From: Candidatus Krumholzibacteriia bacterium
GTDB taxonomy: Bacteria; Krumholzibacteriota; Krumholzibacteriia; JAJRXK01
NCBI GenBank assembly: GCA_041484665.1
Contig: JBGPIA010000001.1
Coordinates: 320,001 to 384,000, forward strand
DNA: 64,000 nucleotides
Reading direction: 5' to 3'
The stretch's first letter is position 1. Every line of letters begins with the position of its first letter. Shown one piece after another: positions 1 through 10,632 of this stretch. The position numbers were made by a program, and so were the translations under genes. The notes beneath the pieces are model-generated. The model ran no database searches. It had not been told where the DNA came from and saw only the letters and a program-made list of their open reading frames with translations.

Positions 1-903
1 ACGCGCGGCTCGATGAGCGTGGGTGAATCGCAGGGAGGGTTGCCCCCCGACCGCTGCACGCAGGACGAGCAGGACGTCTTGCGCGACTGCCAGCGCGTCG
101 TCGAGACCTGGCACGACCCGCAACCCTATGCGATGCTGCGCGTCGCACTCGCCCCCTGCAGCCCGTTCTCCGTGAGCGCCGACCTCATGCGCGAAACGGC
201 GCTGCTCGCCCGCGCGCACGGCGTGCGCCTGCACACGCACCTAGCCGAAACCCTCGACGAGGAGCGCTACTGCCTGGAGCGTTTCGCCCGGCGCCCAGTC
301 GACTTCCTGGAGGACGTGGGCTGGATGGGCGACGACGTGTGGCTCGCCCACGGGATCCACTTCAGCGACGCCGAGGTGGCGCGCCTGGGCAGACGCCGCA
401 TCGGGATCGCCCACTGCCCCACCAGCAACATGCGCCTGGGCTCAGGGATCTGCCGCGTGGCCGATCTGCGCGCCGCCGGCAGCCCGGTGGGCCTGGGCGT
501 CGACGGCAGCGCGAGCAACGACACCGGCCATGCGCTCCACGAGGTGCGCCAGGCGCTCTACCTGCGCCGGCTGGTGGGCGGCGCGTCGGCCATGACCGTG
601 CTGGAGGCCCTGGAGCTGGCGACCCGCGGGGGCGCTGCGTGCCTGGGGCGCGACGACATCGGTTGGCTGGGGCCGGGCGCGGCGGCCGACTTCGCGGTGT
701 TTGACCGGTTGGCCGACATCGCACTCAGCGGCGCCCACGACCCGGTCGCGGCGCTGCTGCTGTGCGGGCCGCTGCGGGCACGCACCGTCGTGGTCAACGG
801 CCGCGTCGTGGTGGACGAGGGCGAGCTGCTCACCGTCGACCTGCCGACGTTGCTGCCGCGCCATCGCGAGGCGGCACAGAAGCTCGTGGAGGCAGCACGG
901 TAG
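1..903 (+). CDS. 8-oxoguanine deaminase / hydroxydechloroatrazine ethylaminohydrolase-like amidohydrolase (5' partial)
   Basis: Frame open from base 1 (TRGSMS...). Motifs APCSPFSV, LHTHLAET, WLAHG, AHCPTSNMRLGSG and GLGVDGSASND match metal-dependent amidohydrolases. Confidence 0.85.
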   Translation, partial: TRGSMSVGESQGGLPPDRCTQDEQDVLRDCQRVVETWHDPQPYAMLRVALAPCSPFSVSADLMRETALLARAHGVRLHTHLAETLDEERYCLERFARRPVDFLEDVGWMGDDVWLAHGIHFSDAEVARLGRRRIGIAHCPTSNMRLGSGICRVADLRAAGSPVGLGVDGSASNDTGHALHEVRQALYLRRLVGGASAMTVLEALELATRGGAACLGRDDIGWLGPGAAADFAVFDRLADIALSGAHDPVAALLLCGPLRARTVVVNGRVVVDEGELLTVDLPTLLPRHREAAQKLVEAAR

Positions 904-970
904 AAGCGCGCCCACCGTCGCGGCAAGGCGCTCCGAGCCCTGCCCGTCCCACTTGGCGCCGCGGGGGATG

Positions 971-1468
971 TCAGTAGTCGAGCCCGTTGGGGCGCACGTG
1001 TACCGTCGGATCGCCCGAGCGCGCCTGCACCGCTCGCGTCACCTCGCCCAGCACGATGACGTGGTCGCCGGAGAGCATCGCGCGCAGCGTGACGCATTCC
1101 AGCCAGGCGAGGCAGCCGCGCACGACGGCCAACCCCCCCGGCGTGCGATCGACCGCAAGCGCATCGAGGGCGCCCGGATCGGCCCCGACCGGCTTGAAGA
1201 ATGGCCCCAGCTTCCTGCGCTCGTCGGCACCGATCACGCTGATCGCAAAGCGCGCGCCCGCCGGCTCCATGAAGGCCCGCGCCGGTCGCGTCTGCCCGAC
1301 GCCGACCGTGACCGCCGGCGGTGCGAAGCCCGCCTGCATGACCCACGAGGCGAGGAAGGAGGTCTCCTCCTCGCCGCGGCGCGCGGTCACGACGAAGAGC
1401 CCCGACGGGATGCGGCCCAGGGCCTTGGCCACTGCGTCGACCTTCGCTGGGTCGTTGCGGCCGGTCAT
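971..1468 (-). CDS. Flavin reductase family protein
   Basis: ALGRIPSGLFVVT, SWVMQAGFAPP, AWLEC and GDHVIVLGEV motifs. Start taken at ATG 1468 (uncertain). Confidence 0.85.
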   Translation of the reverse strand: MTGRNDPAKVDAVAKALGRIPSGLFVVTARRGEEETSFLASWVMQAGFAPPAVTVGVGQTRPARAFMEPAGARFAISVIGADERRKLGPFFKPVGADPGALDALAVDRTPGGLAVVRGCLAWLECVTLRAMLSGDHVIVLGEVTRAVQARSGDPTVHVRPNGLDY

Positions 1469-1590
1469 CTCGCTCACGTCTGCAGTCCTTCCCCTGGGAG
1501 CGCGGTCCAAAGACTCACAGCCGGAGCATAGCGCAATCGGCGCTGGGCTTCCTAGGCTGAGCGGCGTGGCTTCCCGCGTGGATGCGGCGC

Positions 1591-2706
1591 CTACGGTCCC
1601 CGCTGCGGCGGCTGCAGCCCCGGATGCGAAAGCAACAGCTCCGCGGCCCGCGCGATCGTGAAGCGCTCGTCGACGCGGCGGCGTCCCGCCTCGCCCAGCG
1701 CCCGCGCGAGCGCCGGATCGTCGAGGGCCTGCGCCACGGCGCGCGCCAGGGCCACGACATCATCGACCGGGACCAACCAACCGGTGCGCCCGTGCTCGAC
1801 GGCCTCGGGCGTGCCGCCGGTCGCGGTGGCCACCACCGGCCGTCCCAGCGCCAGCGCCTCCAGCACCGTGTTCGGCAGCGCTTCCCAGCGGCTGGGTTGC
1901 ACCACGACGTCGGCGCGGGCCATCAGCGCCGGTACGTCGTCGCGGCGCCCCAGCAGCTCGCAGGCGATGCCGCGCTCCCGCGCGAGCGCACGCAGGCGTA
2001 CGTCGCGTGGCCCCGTGCCGGCGAGCCACACACGCAGATCGGGCCGCCGCAGATGCGCGGCCGCCTCGATCACCAACTCCTGTCCCTTGTTGTGGTCGAG
2101 GCGGCCCACGCTGAGCAGCACGCGCCCGCCGGGGGGGGTGGGCGGGACACTCGAGGTTGGGCCGCCCGCGGCGCGGGTGCGGAAGCCGTCGGCGTCGATG
2201 CCGTTGGGGACCACCGCGATGCGGCCGGCGGGCACGTGCAGATAGCTGCGCAAGTACTCGCCGACGAACGCCGACACCGGGAGCACCGCGTCAAAGCGGC
2301 GGTACGCCCATGCCGCGAGCAGGCGGTAGAGCGCGCGCCGCGGCCGTGACGGCACCTCGAGGCGGAAGATGTTGTGAACGCTGCTCGCGCGGCGAAACGG
2401 CGTGCGTGCGCCCAGCATGGCTACCGCCACGTCGGCGCGCAGCATGTGGCTATGGACGAGATCGGGCTGCCACTGCCGGGCGAAGGCCAGCAGCTCCGCT
2501 CGTGCCGCGCGCAGCGGCCCGCGCAGCGGCAGCCGCAGGGTCGTCACGCCGTGCGCGCGCAGGGCGTCGAACCGGTCGGTGTAGGGGCCTTCGGGGCTGG
2601 CCAGCGCCACGACGTGCCCGCGGCGCGCGAGCGCGGCGGCCAGGAGCGCCGTGTTCTCCTCGGCGCCGCCGACGGTCGCGGAATCGATGACCTCCAGGAT
2701 GCGCAC
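1591..2706 (-). CDS. Glycosyltransferase family 4
   Basis: MRILEVI..GGAE N-terminus, VPNGID, VGRL, and the EALPNTVLEALA (ExxxxxxxE) GT-B signature. Confidence 0.9.
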   Translation of the reverse strand: MRILEVIDSATVGGAEENTALLAAALARRGHVVALASPEGPYTDRFDALRAHGVTTLRLPLRGPLRAARAELLAFARQWQPDLVHSHMLRADVAVAMLGARTPFRRASSVHNIFRLEVPSRPRRALYRLLAAWAYRRFDAVLPVSAFVGEYLRSYLHVPAGRIAVVPNGIDADGFRTRAAGGPTSSVPPTPPGGRVLLSVGRLDHNKGQELVIEAAAHLRRPDLRVWLAGTGPRDVRLRALARERGIACELLGRRDDVPALMARADVVVQPSRWEALPNTVLEALALGRPVVATATGGTPEAVEHGRTGWLVPVDDVVALARAVAQALDDPALARALGEAGRRRVDERFTIARAAELLLSHPGLQPPQRGP

Positions 2707-2712
2707 GGAGGC

Positions 2713-3531
2713 TCAGCTCTCGTTGCCGCGTCCGGATCCCGGCCCGGATGCCGGCGCGCCGGTGGAGGTCGAGGTCGTGCTCGCCGGACCCGTTGGCCGG
2801 GCGCCCGGCGCGCCCGCCGCCCCGCCCTCACCTAGCGCGCGCAGCAGGAACGCGGCCGCCTCGGGCGCCTTACTGGCGAGGCGGTAGTTGCGGTCGCTGA
2901 GCACCCAGTTGGTGGCCAGCTCGTCGAGCACGCCGAACACGAGCTTGGCGGCCTCCAGGGGCGGGAGGTCTGGCGCGAAGCGCTCGGCCCCCTGGCCGCG
3001 CGCGACGATGCCGGCGATGAGCTCCAGGTAGCCACGTAGCGTCCCGCGGCTCACCTCGCTGAGGAACTGCAGGCTGTGTCGCAGGTCGATCTGGAAGACC
3101 ACCGCGAGGTCGCGATCTTCCCCCAGCAGCTCCAGGTGCAGCTCGATCAGGCGCTGCAGCTGGTGCACCGGATCGTCGTCCTCCCACAGCCGCGCCTCGC
3201 CGCGCGCCGAGAATCGCTCCATCGCCGAGGCGAACACGGCGGCCAGCAGGTCGTTCTTGCTGTGGAAGTAGAGGTAGATCGTCCCGTCGGCGACCCCGGC
3301 GATGCGCGCCACGTCGCTCACCCGCGTGGCGTGGAAGCCCGCGGCGGCGAAGGCACGGATCGCGGCAGCCAGGATCCGCTCCCGTTTGTCCTGCCGCCGG
3401 GTGGCGCGGACGCGGCCGGTCACCGGGGGGCGGGCGCGCACCGCTGGAGCGGAGTGGGCGCCATCCGCCACCGTGCGGCGGGCCGGGCGAGCCCTCCCGC
3501 CGAAGGGACGGGCACGGGGCGTGCGAGGCAT
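2713..3531 (-). CDS. TetR/AcrR family regulator, FadR(YsiA)-like
   Basis: HTH RERILAAA..F...GFHATRVSDVARIAGVADGTIYLYFHSK. Divergent from the beta-oxidation operon. Start uncertain. Confidence 0.85.
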   Translation of the reverse strand: MPRTPRARPFGGRARPARRTVADGAHSAPAVRARPPVTGRVRATRRQDKRERILAAAIRAFAAAGFHATRVSDVARIAGVADGTIYLYFHSKNDLLAAVFASAMERFSARGEARLWEDDDPVHQLQRLIELHLELLGEDRDLAVVFQIDLRHSLQFLSEVSRGTLRGYLELIAGIVARGQGAERFAPDLPPLEAAKLVFGVLDELATNWVLSDRNYRLASKAPEAAAFLLRALGEGGAAGAPGARPTGPASTTSTSTGAPASGPGSGRGNES

Positions 3532-3568
3532 TGTGGCCTCCGGGTGGAATCGTTGCGACCCACGTGGA

Positions 3569-3586
3569 AATGAACGACCATTCATT
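3569..3586. promoter_or_regulatory. Candidate TetR/FadR operator palindrome AATGAA-N6-TTCATT
   Basis: AT-rich inverted repeat AATGAAcgaccaTTCATT in the divergent tetR/fadN intergenic region. Resembles the TGAATGA..TCATTCA box of Bacillus FadR. Confidence 0.6.
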
Positions 3587-3731
3587 CATCCACGGCGGGC
3601 CGTCGGGACGCCACCGGCTGGAGATCGCGGCGCCTGAACCTTGCAACTTTGCCATCCTTAATGGTTTGCCACTACGGAGTCAAGGGCCAGCCGGCGGAGA
3701 CTGCCGCCGTATGCTCTGAATGGGGACCCAG

Positions 3732-6155
3732 ATGACCGACATCCGAGCGGACCGGGTCTTCCGGCGTGCCACGGTTCTGGGCGCCGGTGTCATGGGGCGA
3801 GCCATCGCCGCTCACCTGGTGAACGGCGGGCTGGACGTGCTGCTGCTCGACGTTGCCGCCACCGAGCCCATCCCCGCAGAAGCGCAGCGCGGCCTGACCG
3901 CGGGGGACCGAGCCGTCCGCGATCGCCTGGCGCGCGAGGCCATCGCCCAGCTCGCCCGGACGCGCCCCGCGCCGCTGTTCGCGCCCCGGCTGGCCGGCCG
4001 CATCGAGCCCGGCAACCTCGAGGACGACCTGCCGCGCATCGCCCAGTGCGATTGGGTGATCGAGGCGGTGGTCGAGCGACTCGACGTCAAGCGCGCGCTG
4101 TGGGCGCGCATCGACGCGCTCGCCGCGCCACGTCCCGTCTACTCTACGAATACCAGCGGCATCTCCATCGCCGCGCTGGCGGAGGGCCGCTCGCCGGAGT
4201 TCCAGCGTCGCTTCCTGGCGACCCACTTCTTCAATCCGCCGCGCTACATGCACCTGCTGGAGTTGGTCCCCTGCCCGCGCACGGATCTGGAGGTGCTGGA
4301 GGCGATCACCGCCTTCGCCGAGAGGCGCCTGGGCAAGGGCGTGATCCTGGCCAAGGACCGCCCCAACTTCATCGCCAATCGCATCGGCGCCTACGGCGTG
4401 ATGCGTGGCGTGCAGCTCATGCAGGAGCAGGGGCTCACCGTCGAGGCCGTCGACGCGCTGACCGGCCCGCTGATCGGACGTCCCAAGACGGCCACGTTCC
4501 GCACCTGCGACCTGGTCGGACTGGACATCGTCGTGCACGTGGCGCGCAACATCTGCGAGGCCGCGCCCAACGACCCCGAGATCGACGTCTTCGCCCCCGC
4601 TCCGGTACTCGAGCGCATGGTCGCCGAGCATAGGCTGGGCGACAAGACCAGCGCGGGTTTCTACCGCAAAATTGCGGGCCAAGGTGGCGAAAGCGTGATC
4701 GAGGCACTCGACCTGACGACCTTCACCTACCGGCCCAAGAAGAAAGAGCGCTTCCCGGAGATCGACGCGTTGCGCGCCAAGGACGACCTGGGAGAGCGCC
4801 TGAACGGTCTGTTCGACGCGAAGGGCGCAGGGGCCGCGTACGCGTGGGCAATCGTACGGGATTGCCTGCGCTACGCGGCCACTGTCGCCGCCGAGGTCGC
4901 AGACGACGTCGCGAGCATCGACCGCGCCATGCGCTGGGGCTACGGGTGGGACCTGGGTCCCTTCGAGCTGTGGGAGCGGCTCGGCCTCGCGCGGGTGGCT
5001 GCGCGCATGGAGCAGGAGGGCCGGCCCGCCCCGACGTGGGTGCTGGAGCACATCCGCAAGGGCGCGCCGTCGTTCTACCTGCGCGACGAGAGCGGCGCGC
5101 TGCGCACGCTGGCAGTGTCGGGCAGCGGCACCCACGCCCTCCCCGACCGGCCGGGAGTGCTCACGCTGCGTCCAGCCTCGACGGGCGTGCGCTGGATCGA
5201 AGGCAACAGCGGAGCCTCGCTGTGGGATCTCGGCCACGGTGCGCTGCTGCTGGAGTTCCACAGCAAGCTCAACACGCTGGGCGGCGATGCGGCGGCGATG
5301 GCCGGGCGGGCGGTGACCCGGGCCGAGGCGGAGTTCGCCGCGCTGGTGGTCGGCAACGAGGGCACCCACTTCTCGGCCGGCGCCAACCTCGCGCTGCTGA
5401 TGATGGCCGCCGTCGAGGGGGAGTTCGACGAGATCGACCTCATGGTGCGCCAGTTCCAGCAGATGACCATGGGCTTGCGCCGCTGCGCGCGGCCAGTGGT
5501 CGTCGCACCGTTCAGCCTGACCTTGGGCGGCGGCACCGAGGTCACGCTGCACGGCGACTCCGTCGTCGCCGCCGCCGAGCTGTACATGGGCCTGGTCGAG
5601 GTCGGCGTGGGGCTGATTCCCGCCGGCGGCGGCACCAAGGAACTCTACGTGCGCATGCTGGAGCGGCTGGGGCCGGGCGCTGATCCCAAGGAAGCCGCGC
5701 GGCTGGCCTTCGAGACGATCGGGATGGCGCGTGTCTCGGGCTGCGCGCAAGAGGCTCGCGAGCTGGGCCTGCTGCGCGAGGGCGATTCGATCGTGATGAG
5801 CCGCGATCAGCTGCTGGAGCGGGCGAAGACCGCGGCCCTGGAGTTGGCCGCGCGCGGTTACGTGCCACCGCCACCGCGCACGGCGATTCCCGTGGGTGGC
5901 GCGCAGACGTGGGCATTGCTGGAGATCGGCCTGCACAACCTGCTGGCGGCGCGGCGCATCACCGAGCACGACCGCACGATCGGCCGCAAGCTGGCGCGCA
6001 TCCTCAGTGGCGGCGACCTGCCTGGCGGCGAGACCGCCAGCGAGCAGCAGCTGCTCGATCTGGAGCGCGAGGCGTTCTTGTCGCTGTGCGGAGAGCGCAA
6101 GACGCTGGAGCGCGTCCAGCACATGCTCAAGACCGGCAAGCCGCTGCGGAACTGA
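3732..6155 (+). CDS. fadN: 3-hydroxyacyl-CoA dehydrogenase / enoyl-CoA hydratase (FadN-type)
   Basis: VLGAGVMG Rossmann motif, EAVVERL, STNTSG, HFFNPPRYM, PNFIANRIG, C-terminal crotonase domain (FSAGANL, GGGTE) and the ending MLKTGKPLRN. Confidence 0.9.
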   Translation: MTDIRADRVFRRATVLGAGVMGRAIAAHLVNGGLDVLLLDVAATEPIPAEAQRGLTAGDRAVRDRLAREAIAQLARTRPAPLFAPRLAGRIEPGNLEDDLPRIAQCDWVIEAVVERLDVKRALWARIDALAAPRPVYSTNTSGISIAALAEGRSPEFQRRFLATHFFNPPRYMHLLELVPCPRTDLEVLEAITAFAERRLGKGVILAKDRPNFIANRIGAYGVMRGVQLMQEQGLTVEAVDALTGPLIGRPKTATFRTCDLVGLDIVVHVARNICEAAPNDPEIDVFAPAPVLERMVAEHRLGDKTSAGFYRKIAGQGGESVIEALDLTTFTYRPKKKERFPEIDALRAKDDLGERLNGLFDAKGAGAAYAWAIVRDCLRYAATVAAEVADDVASIDRAMRWGYGWDLGPFELWERLGLARVAARMEQEGRPAPTWVLEHIRKGAPSFYLRDESGALRTLAVSGSGTHALPDRPGVLTLRPASTGVRWIEGNSGASLWDLGHGALLLEFHSKLNTLGGDAAAMAGRAVTRAEAEFAALVVGNEGTHFSAGANLALLMMAAVEGEFDEIDLMVRQFQQMTMGLRRCARPVVVAPFSLTLGGGTEVTLHGDSVVAAAELYMGLVEVGVGLIPAGGGTKELYVRMLERLGPGADPKEAARLAFETIGMARVSGCAQEARELGLLREGDSIVMSRDQLLERAKTAALELAARGYVPPPPRTAIPVGGAQTWALLEIGLHNLLAARRITEHDRTIGRKLARILSGGDLPGGETASEQQLLDLEREAFLSLCGERKTLERVQHMLKTGKPLRN

Positions 6156-6162
6156 GGCGAAC

Positions 6163-7308
6163 ATGGCCCATGCCTACATCCTCGATGCGATCCGCTCGCC
6201 GCTGGCGCGCGCGGGCAAAGGCAGCCTGGCCAACGTGCGGCCCGATGACTTCGCCTCCGCGGTGGTCGAGGCGTTGTTGAATCGCCATCAGTTCCTCGAT
6301 CGCGCGCGCATTGACGACGTGATCGCGGCCACGGCCATGCCCGAGGCCGAGCAGGGGATGAACCTCGGGCGGATCGTGGCGCAACGCGCGGGCCTGCCCG
6401 ACTCGGTGCCGGGGATGACGCTGAATCGCTTCTGCGCCTCGGGCCTGGAGGCCGTGGCGACCGCCTGCGCCAAGGTCCAGGCCGACATGGCGGATCTGAT
6501 CGTGGCCGTCGGCGTGGAGAGCATGAGCTGCATCCCCATGGGCGGCCATCGCTTCAGCCCCAACCCGCGGTTGGCCGAGACTCGGCCGGACAACTACCTG
6601 GGCATGGGACTGACGGCGGAGCTGCTCGCCGACCGCTACCAGATTTCGCGCGAGGAGCAGGACGCCTTCGCGCTGCAGAGCCACCGCCGCGCGGTGGATG
6701 CCGAGCTGCGTGGGTTGTGGGCCGATGAGCGTGTCGCCGTCGGCACGGGCAGCCCGGACGCGCGCTTCGTGCGCGACGAGCTGCCGCGCCCGGATACGTC
6801 CCTGGAAGCGCTGGCGCAGCTGAAGCCGGCGTTCCGCGAGGGCGGCACGGTCACCGCGGGCAACAGCAGCCCGCTGACCGACGGCGCGGCGGCCGTGCTG
6901 ATCGGCAGCGAGGCGCTGGTCAAGCAGCTGCAGTTGGAGCCGCTGGGGCGGCTGGTCAGCTACGCCGTCGCCGGCGTGGACCCGGCGCTGATGGGCATCG
7001 GGCCGGTGCAGGCCGTGCCCAAGGCGCTGGCCAAGGCGGGCTGGACTCTGGATGAGATCGAGCTGATCGAGCTCAACGAGGCCTTCGCCGCGCAGTCGCT
7101 GGCGGTGCTGCGCGAGCTGCGCCTGGATCCCGAGCGGGTCAACCCCCAGGGCGGCGCCATCGCGCTGGGGCACCCGCTGGGCTGCAGCGGCGCACGGCTG
7201 GCAGCGACGTTGCTCCATCGCCTGCGGCGAACGGGCGGCAAGCGCGGCATGGTGACGCTGTGCGTGGGCGGAGGCATGGGCGCGGCGGCGGCGTTCGAGA
7301 CCGCCTGA
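6163..7308 (+). CDS. fadA: Acetyl-CoA C-acyltransferase (thiolase)
   Basis: [25 protein letters not shown] and LCVGGGMG motifs. ATG follows the fadN stop. Confidence 0.93.
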   Translation: MAHAYILDAIRSPLARAGKGSLANVRPDDFASAVVEALLNRHQFLDRARIDDVIAATAMPEAEQGMNLGRIVAQRAGLPDSVPGMTLNRFCASGLEAVATACAKVQADMADLIVAVGVESMSCIPMGGHRFSPNPRLAETRPDNYLGMGLTAELLADRYQISREEQDAFALQSHRRAVDAELRGLWADERVAVGTGSPDARFVRDELPRPDTSLEALAQLKPAFREGGTVTAGNSSPLTDGAAAVLIGSEALVKQLQLEPLGRLVSYAVAGVDPALMGIGPVQAVPKALAKAGWTLDEIELIELNEAFAAQSLAVLRELRLDPERVNPQGGAIALGHPLGCSGARLAATLLHRLRRTGGKRGMVTLCVGGGMGAAAAFETA

Positions 7309-7437
7309 GCCGCCGATCGTCCGGCGGTCCGTTCCGCGAACGATCCGCGGACGGTCGCCTGAACGGCTCCCATGCGGGCGAGGCGCGACGGCCGGCGCTG
7401 CCCGCCGGGCAACCAACGAGAGAGGCACGACGTGACG

Positions 7438-9213
7438 ATGACCCAGACGACACTGCGCGGGGGGAGCTTCCTCATCCAGCAGACCCAGCCTGCCGAGTGC
7501 TTCACGCCGGAGGACTTCAGCGAGGAGTCGCGCCTGCTGGCCCAGACCACGCGGGAGTTCATCGCGGGCGAGGTCGGCCCGATCATGGATCGCCTCGAGA
7601 CACAGGAGAAGGGCCTCATGCCCGCGCTCCTGCGCAAGGCCGGCGAGATCGGGCTGCTGATGGCCGATATCCCGCAGGCCTACGGCGGGTTGGAAGTCGA
7701 CAAAGCTACCTCGATGCTGATCGTCGAGAGCATGGGGCGCGGCGGGAGCTTCCCCGTGGCCCATGGGGCCCACACCGGCATCGGCACCTTGCCCATCGTC
7801 TACTTCGGCACGCCGCAGCAGAAGCAACAGTGGCTTCCGCGCCTGGCCTGCGGTGAAGTGCTCTCCTCCTACGCGCTCACCGAGACCGGCAGCGGCAGCG
7901 ACGCGCTGGCGGCCAAGGCTGTCGCGCGACTTGCCGGTGAAGAGTGGGTGCTCAACGGCGAGAAGCAGTTCATCACCAATGCTGGCTTCGCGGATCTGTT
8001 CATCGTGTTCGCCAAGATCGACGGAGAGCAGTTCACCGCGTTCCTGGTCCCGCGCGATAGCCCGGGCGTGAGCGTGGGCGCCGAGGAGAAGAAGATGGGG
8101 ATCAAGGGCAGCAGCACGCGCTCCTTGATCCTGCAGAACGCGCGCATCCCCAAGGACAACCTGCTGGGCGAGGCCGGCAAGGGGCACGTCATCGCGTTCA
8201 ACATCCTCAACGTCGGCCGCTTCAAGCTGGGCGCCGGCGCCGTGGGTGGCGCGAAGGTCGCCCTGGAGGATGCCACGCGCTACGCCAGCGAGCGCGTGCA
8301 GTTCGGCCGGCCCATCGCCCAGTTCCCGCTGATCCAGGGGAAGCTCGGCAGCATGGCCGCGCGCATCTACGGCGGTGAGAGTGCCGTCTATCGCACGGCC
8401 GGCTTGCTCGACCGCGCCATCGCGGCGATCCCGCAAGGCCCCCACCGCGACCGCGAAGTGATCCGCGCCATCGAGGAGTTCTCCATCGAGTGCTCGATCA
8501 TCAAGGTCTACGGAAGCGAGGTGCTCGATTTCGTCGCCGACGAGACGGTGCAGATCTACGGCGGCTACGGCTACGTCGCCGATTACCCCGCCGAGCGTTA
8601 CTACCGCGACGCGCGCATCAACCGCATCTACGAGGGGACCAACGAGATCAACCGCATGATCATTCCCGGGATGCTGTTGAAGCGCGCCATGAAGGGCGAC
8701 CTGCCATTGCTGGCGGCGGCGAAGCAGGTGCAGGAGGCGCTGCTTGCGATCCCCGATGTCCATGGTGGCAATGGCTCCGCCGCCGACTTCGGCACCGAAT
8801 CCGAGCAGATCGAGCAGGCCAAGAAGGCAATTCTGCTCGTGGCCGGCGTCGCGGCCCAGGCCTACGGCTCCAACCTGCAGGGCGAGCAGGAGGTGCTGGC
8901 CTGGGTGGCGGACATGGTCATGGAGACCTACGCGCTGGAGTCGGCCGTGCTGCGCGCGCGCAAGCTGGCGGCCGCCGGGCAGCCGACGACCGTCGTGCGC
9001 GACATGGTCGCAGTACTGGCGTACGAGTCCGTGGAGAACGTCGGCCGCGCCGGTCGCGAGGCGCTGGCACACATGAGCCACGGCGATGACCTGCGCATGC
9101 AGCTGGCGGGGCTCAAGCGGTTCAGCAAGCCAGCGGCCGTCGACACGGCGGGGGCACGGCGCAGGATCGCGCAGGCGGTGGTGGAGAACCGCGGGTACCG
9201 GGTGCCGGCGTAG
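7438..9213 (+). CDS. fadE: Acyl-CoA dehydrogenase (long FadE/YusJ-type)
   Basis: GGSFL N-terminus, [38 protein letters not shown] and [12 protein letters not shown]. Confidence 0.92.
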   Translation: MTQTTLRGGSFLIQQTQPAECFTPEDFSEESRLLAQTTREFIAGEVGPIMDRLETQEKGLMPALLRKAGEIGLLMADIPQAYGGLEVDKATSMLIVESMGRGGSFPVAHGAHTGIGTLPIVYFGTPQQKQQWLPRLACGEVLSSYALTETGSGSDALAAKAVARLAGEEWVLNGEKQFITNAGFADLFIVFAKIDGEQFTAFLVPRDSPGVSVGAEEKKMGIKGSSTRSLILQNARIPKDNLLGEAGKGHVIAFNILNVGRFKLGAGAVGGAKVALEDATRYASERVQFGRPIAQFPLIQGKLGSMAARIYGGESAVYRTAGLLDRAIAAIPQGPHRDREVIRAIEEFSIECSIIKVYGSEVLDFVADETVQIYGGYGYVADYPAERYYRDARINRIYEGTNEINRMIIPGMLLKRAMKGDLPLLAAAKQVQEALLAIPDVHGGNGSAADFGTESEQIEQAKKAILLVAGVAAQAYGSNLQGEQEVLAWVADMVMETYALESAVLRARKLAAAGQPTTVVRDMVAVLAYESVENVGRAGREALAHMSHGDDLRMQLAGLKRFSKPAAVDTAGARRRIAQAVVENRGYRVPA

Positions 9214-9220
9214 CCGCTGG

Positions 9221-9349
9221 GCGGGGACCCAGATGGGACCGAGGAGAGCCCGCGCCGTCCGCTATCGCCATCAAGCCTCCCGCCTCCCAGAAAGAGACCT
9301 GATGACGATAGCCCCCGACGGCGCGGGCCCTTTCCACGTTCTGGCCCGC
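9221..9349 (-). other. Long imperfect hairpin, candidate structured RNA or terminator-like element
   Basis: Stems 9245-9259/9317-9331 (15 bp) and 9261-9279/9294-9312 (19 bp). All four within-stem mismatches become G-U pairs on the minus strand. Confidence 0.5.
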
Positions 9350-9713
9350 GAGTAGGGCACGAAACGTTCCGCTCGCGCAGTCGCGCGCCCGCAGATCGCG
9401 AGGGGTCCTCAACTGCCATGCAGAACGCGAGTTCGCGCCGACTCAGTCGTGGCATGCGCGCGAGCAGGGCGCCACGCGTCGTTGACAGTGGTGTCCGAGC
9501 GTCCGGGCACGACGAGGCAGTCGCGAGTGTAAGCCGCGCGATGACAATGCCATGCGGCTTTGTACGGGAAACAGGGCGGCGCAACGCGAGGCGAGCGCCG
9601 GTGCTGGGGCTGCCGTAGGTGCCGCTGCCGGCGCCAGTGCCCTAGCGCCGCTGCCTGCGGGTCGCCGGCCGCTCGCCGAGGCAACTGCCCCGCCCCAGCC
9701 GCCGGCGATTGCA

Positions 9714-10436
9714 CTACCCTTGGAGCAGGCGGGGCAGCTCCCCCAATTCCTGCAGCAGCACATCCGGGCCCGCGGCCGCGACGGCCTCGGGCGAGCACAG
9801 CCCACTGGTCAGCCCGATCGTGACACACCCGGCGGCGTTGCCCGCGCCAATGTCGTTGGGGCTGTCGCCGACGACCCAGGCCTGCCGCGGCTCCACGCCC
9901 ATCTCGCGCAGCGCCAGCACCACGAGGTCCGGCGCCGGCTTCACCGGTACTTGCGGTCGTGCGCCCACCACCACCGCGAAGTGCCGAGCCATCCCCAGGC
10001 CGCGCAGGATGGCATCACACATCTCTTGGGGCTTGTTGCTGACCACCGCCATCCGCAGGCCCGCGGGCCGCGCCCGCCCCGGCCGCCCTGCTCGCCCCGG
10101 CCACCCAGCCCAAGCGGCGAGGGCCACCAGCGCCTCGACCACGCCAGGATACGGCTGCGTGTGGTCCAACAGATGCTCCGCGTAGTGCGCGCGGAATAAA
10201 CGCAGCGCTTCGTCCACCCGCGGATCGTCATCCCCCAGCGTACGCTGGACGAGCTTGCGAGCGCCGTCGCCGATGTAGCTGCGCACCCGATCGGTGGACA
10301 GCGGCGCAAGGCCGTAGTGCGCACGCACGTGGTTGGCCGAAAGCGCGAGATCCTGGACCGAATCGATCAAGGTGCCGTCCAGATCGAAGAGGATGGCCTG
10401 CGGGGGTGGCAGCGGGCTCGGCCTGGACAACGACAT
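9714..10436 (-). CDS. gph: Phosphoglycolate phosphatase-like HAD-IA hydrolase
   Basis: FDLDGTLIDS, VVSNKP, KPAP and VGDSPNDI HAD motifs I-IV. Confidence 0.85.
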   Translation of the reverse strand: MSLSRPSPLPPPQAILFDLDGTLIDSVQDLALSANHVRAHYGLAPLSTDRVRSYIGDGARKLVQRTLGDDDPRVDEALRLFRAHYAEHLLDHTQPYPGVVEALVALAAWAGWPGRAGRPGRARPAGLRMAVVSNKPQEMCDAILRGLGMARHFAVVVGARPQVPVKPAPDLVVLALREMGVEPRQAWVVGDSPNDIGAGNAAGCVTIGLTSGLCSPEAVAAAGPDVLLQELGELPRLLQG

Positions 10437-10632
10437 GGGCGCACGCTAGCCCGCGCGGTGCCGGGGCGCAAGCCACGCCCAGCGGCGCAAGCTCCCGCGG
10501 GCGCCAGGTCGCATGCCACGACGCGGGCCGGCGCAGCGCTGCGCCGGCCCTCACCCGACTTCGCCCGGTTGCTGCCGTGCAGGCCCTGCCGTACCCTGAC
10601 GCAACGCCACGAGCGCCCAGGAGGTTGATTGC

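Noticed and set aside
3672..9081. Long antisense ORFs (830 aa and 984 aa) opposite the fad operon, and similar shadow ORFs elsewhere (e.g. 13200-15347, 42890-44959, 62284-63966)
   Set aside because: These are shadow frames caused by high-GC codon bias. The opposite strand carries the recognisable genes.
9299..9365. Hammerhead-like CTGATGA ... GAAA on the plus strand
   Set aside because: No proper stem II or stem III with a cleavage triplet can be built. CTGATGA lies inside the long hairpin, whose G-U bias favours the opposite strand.
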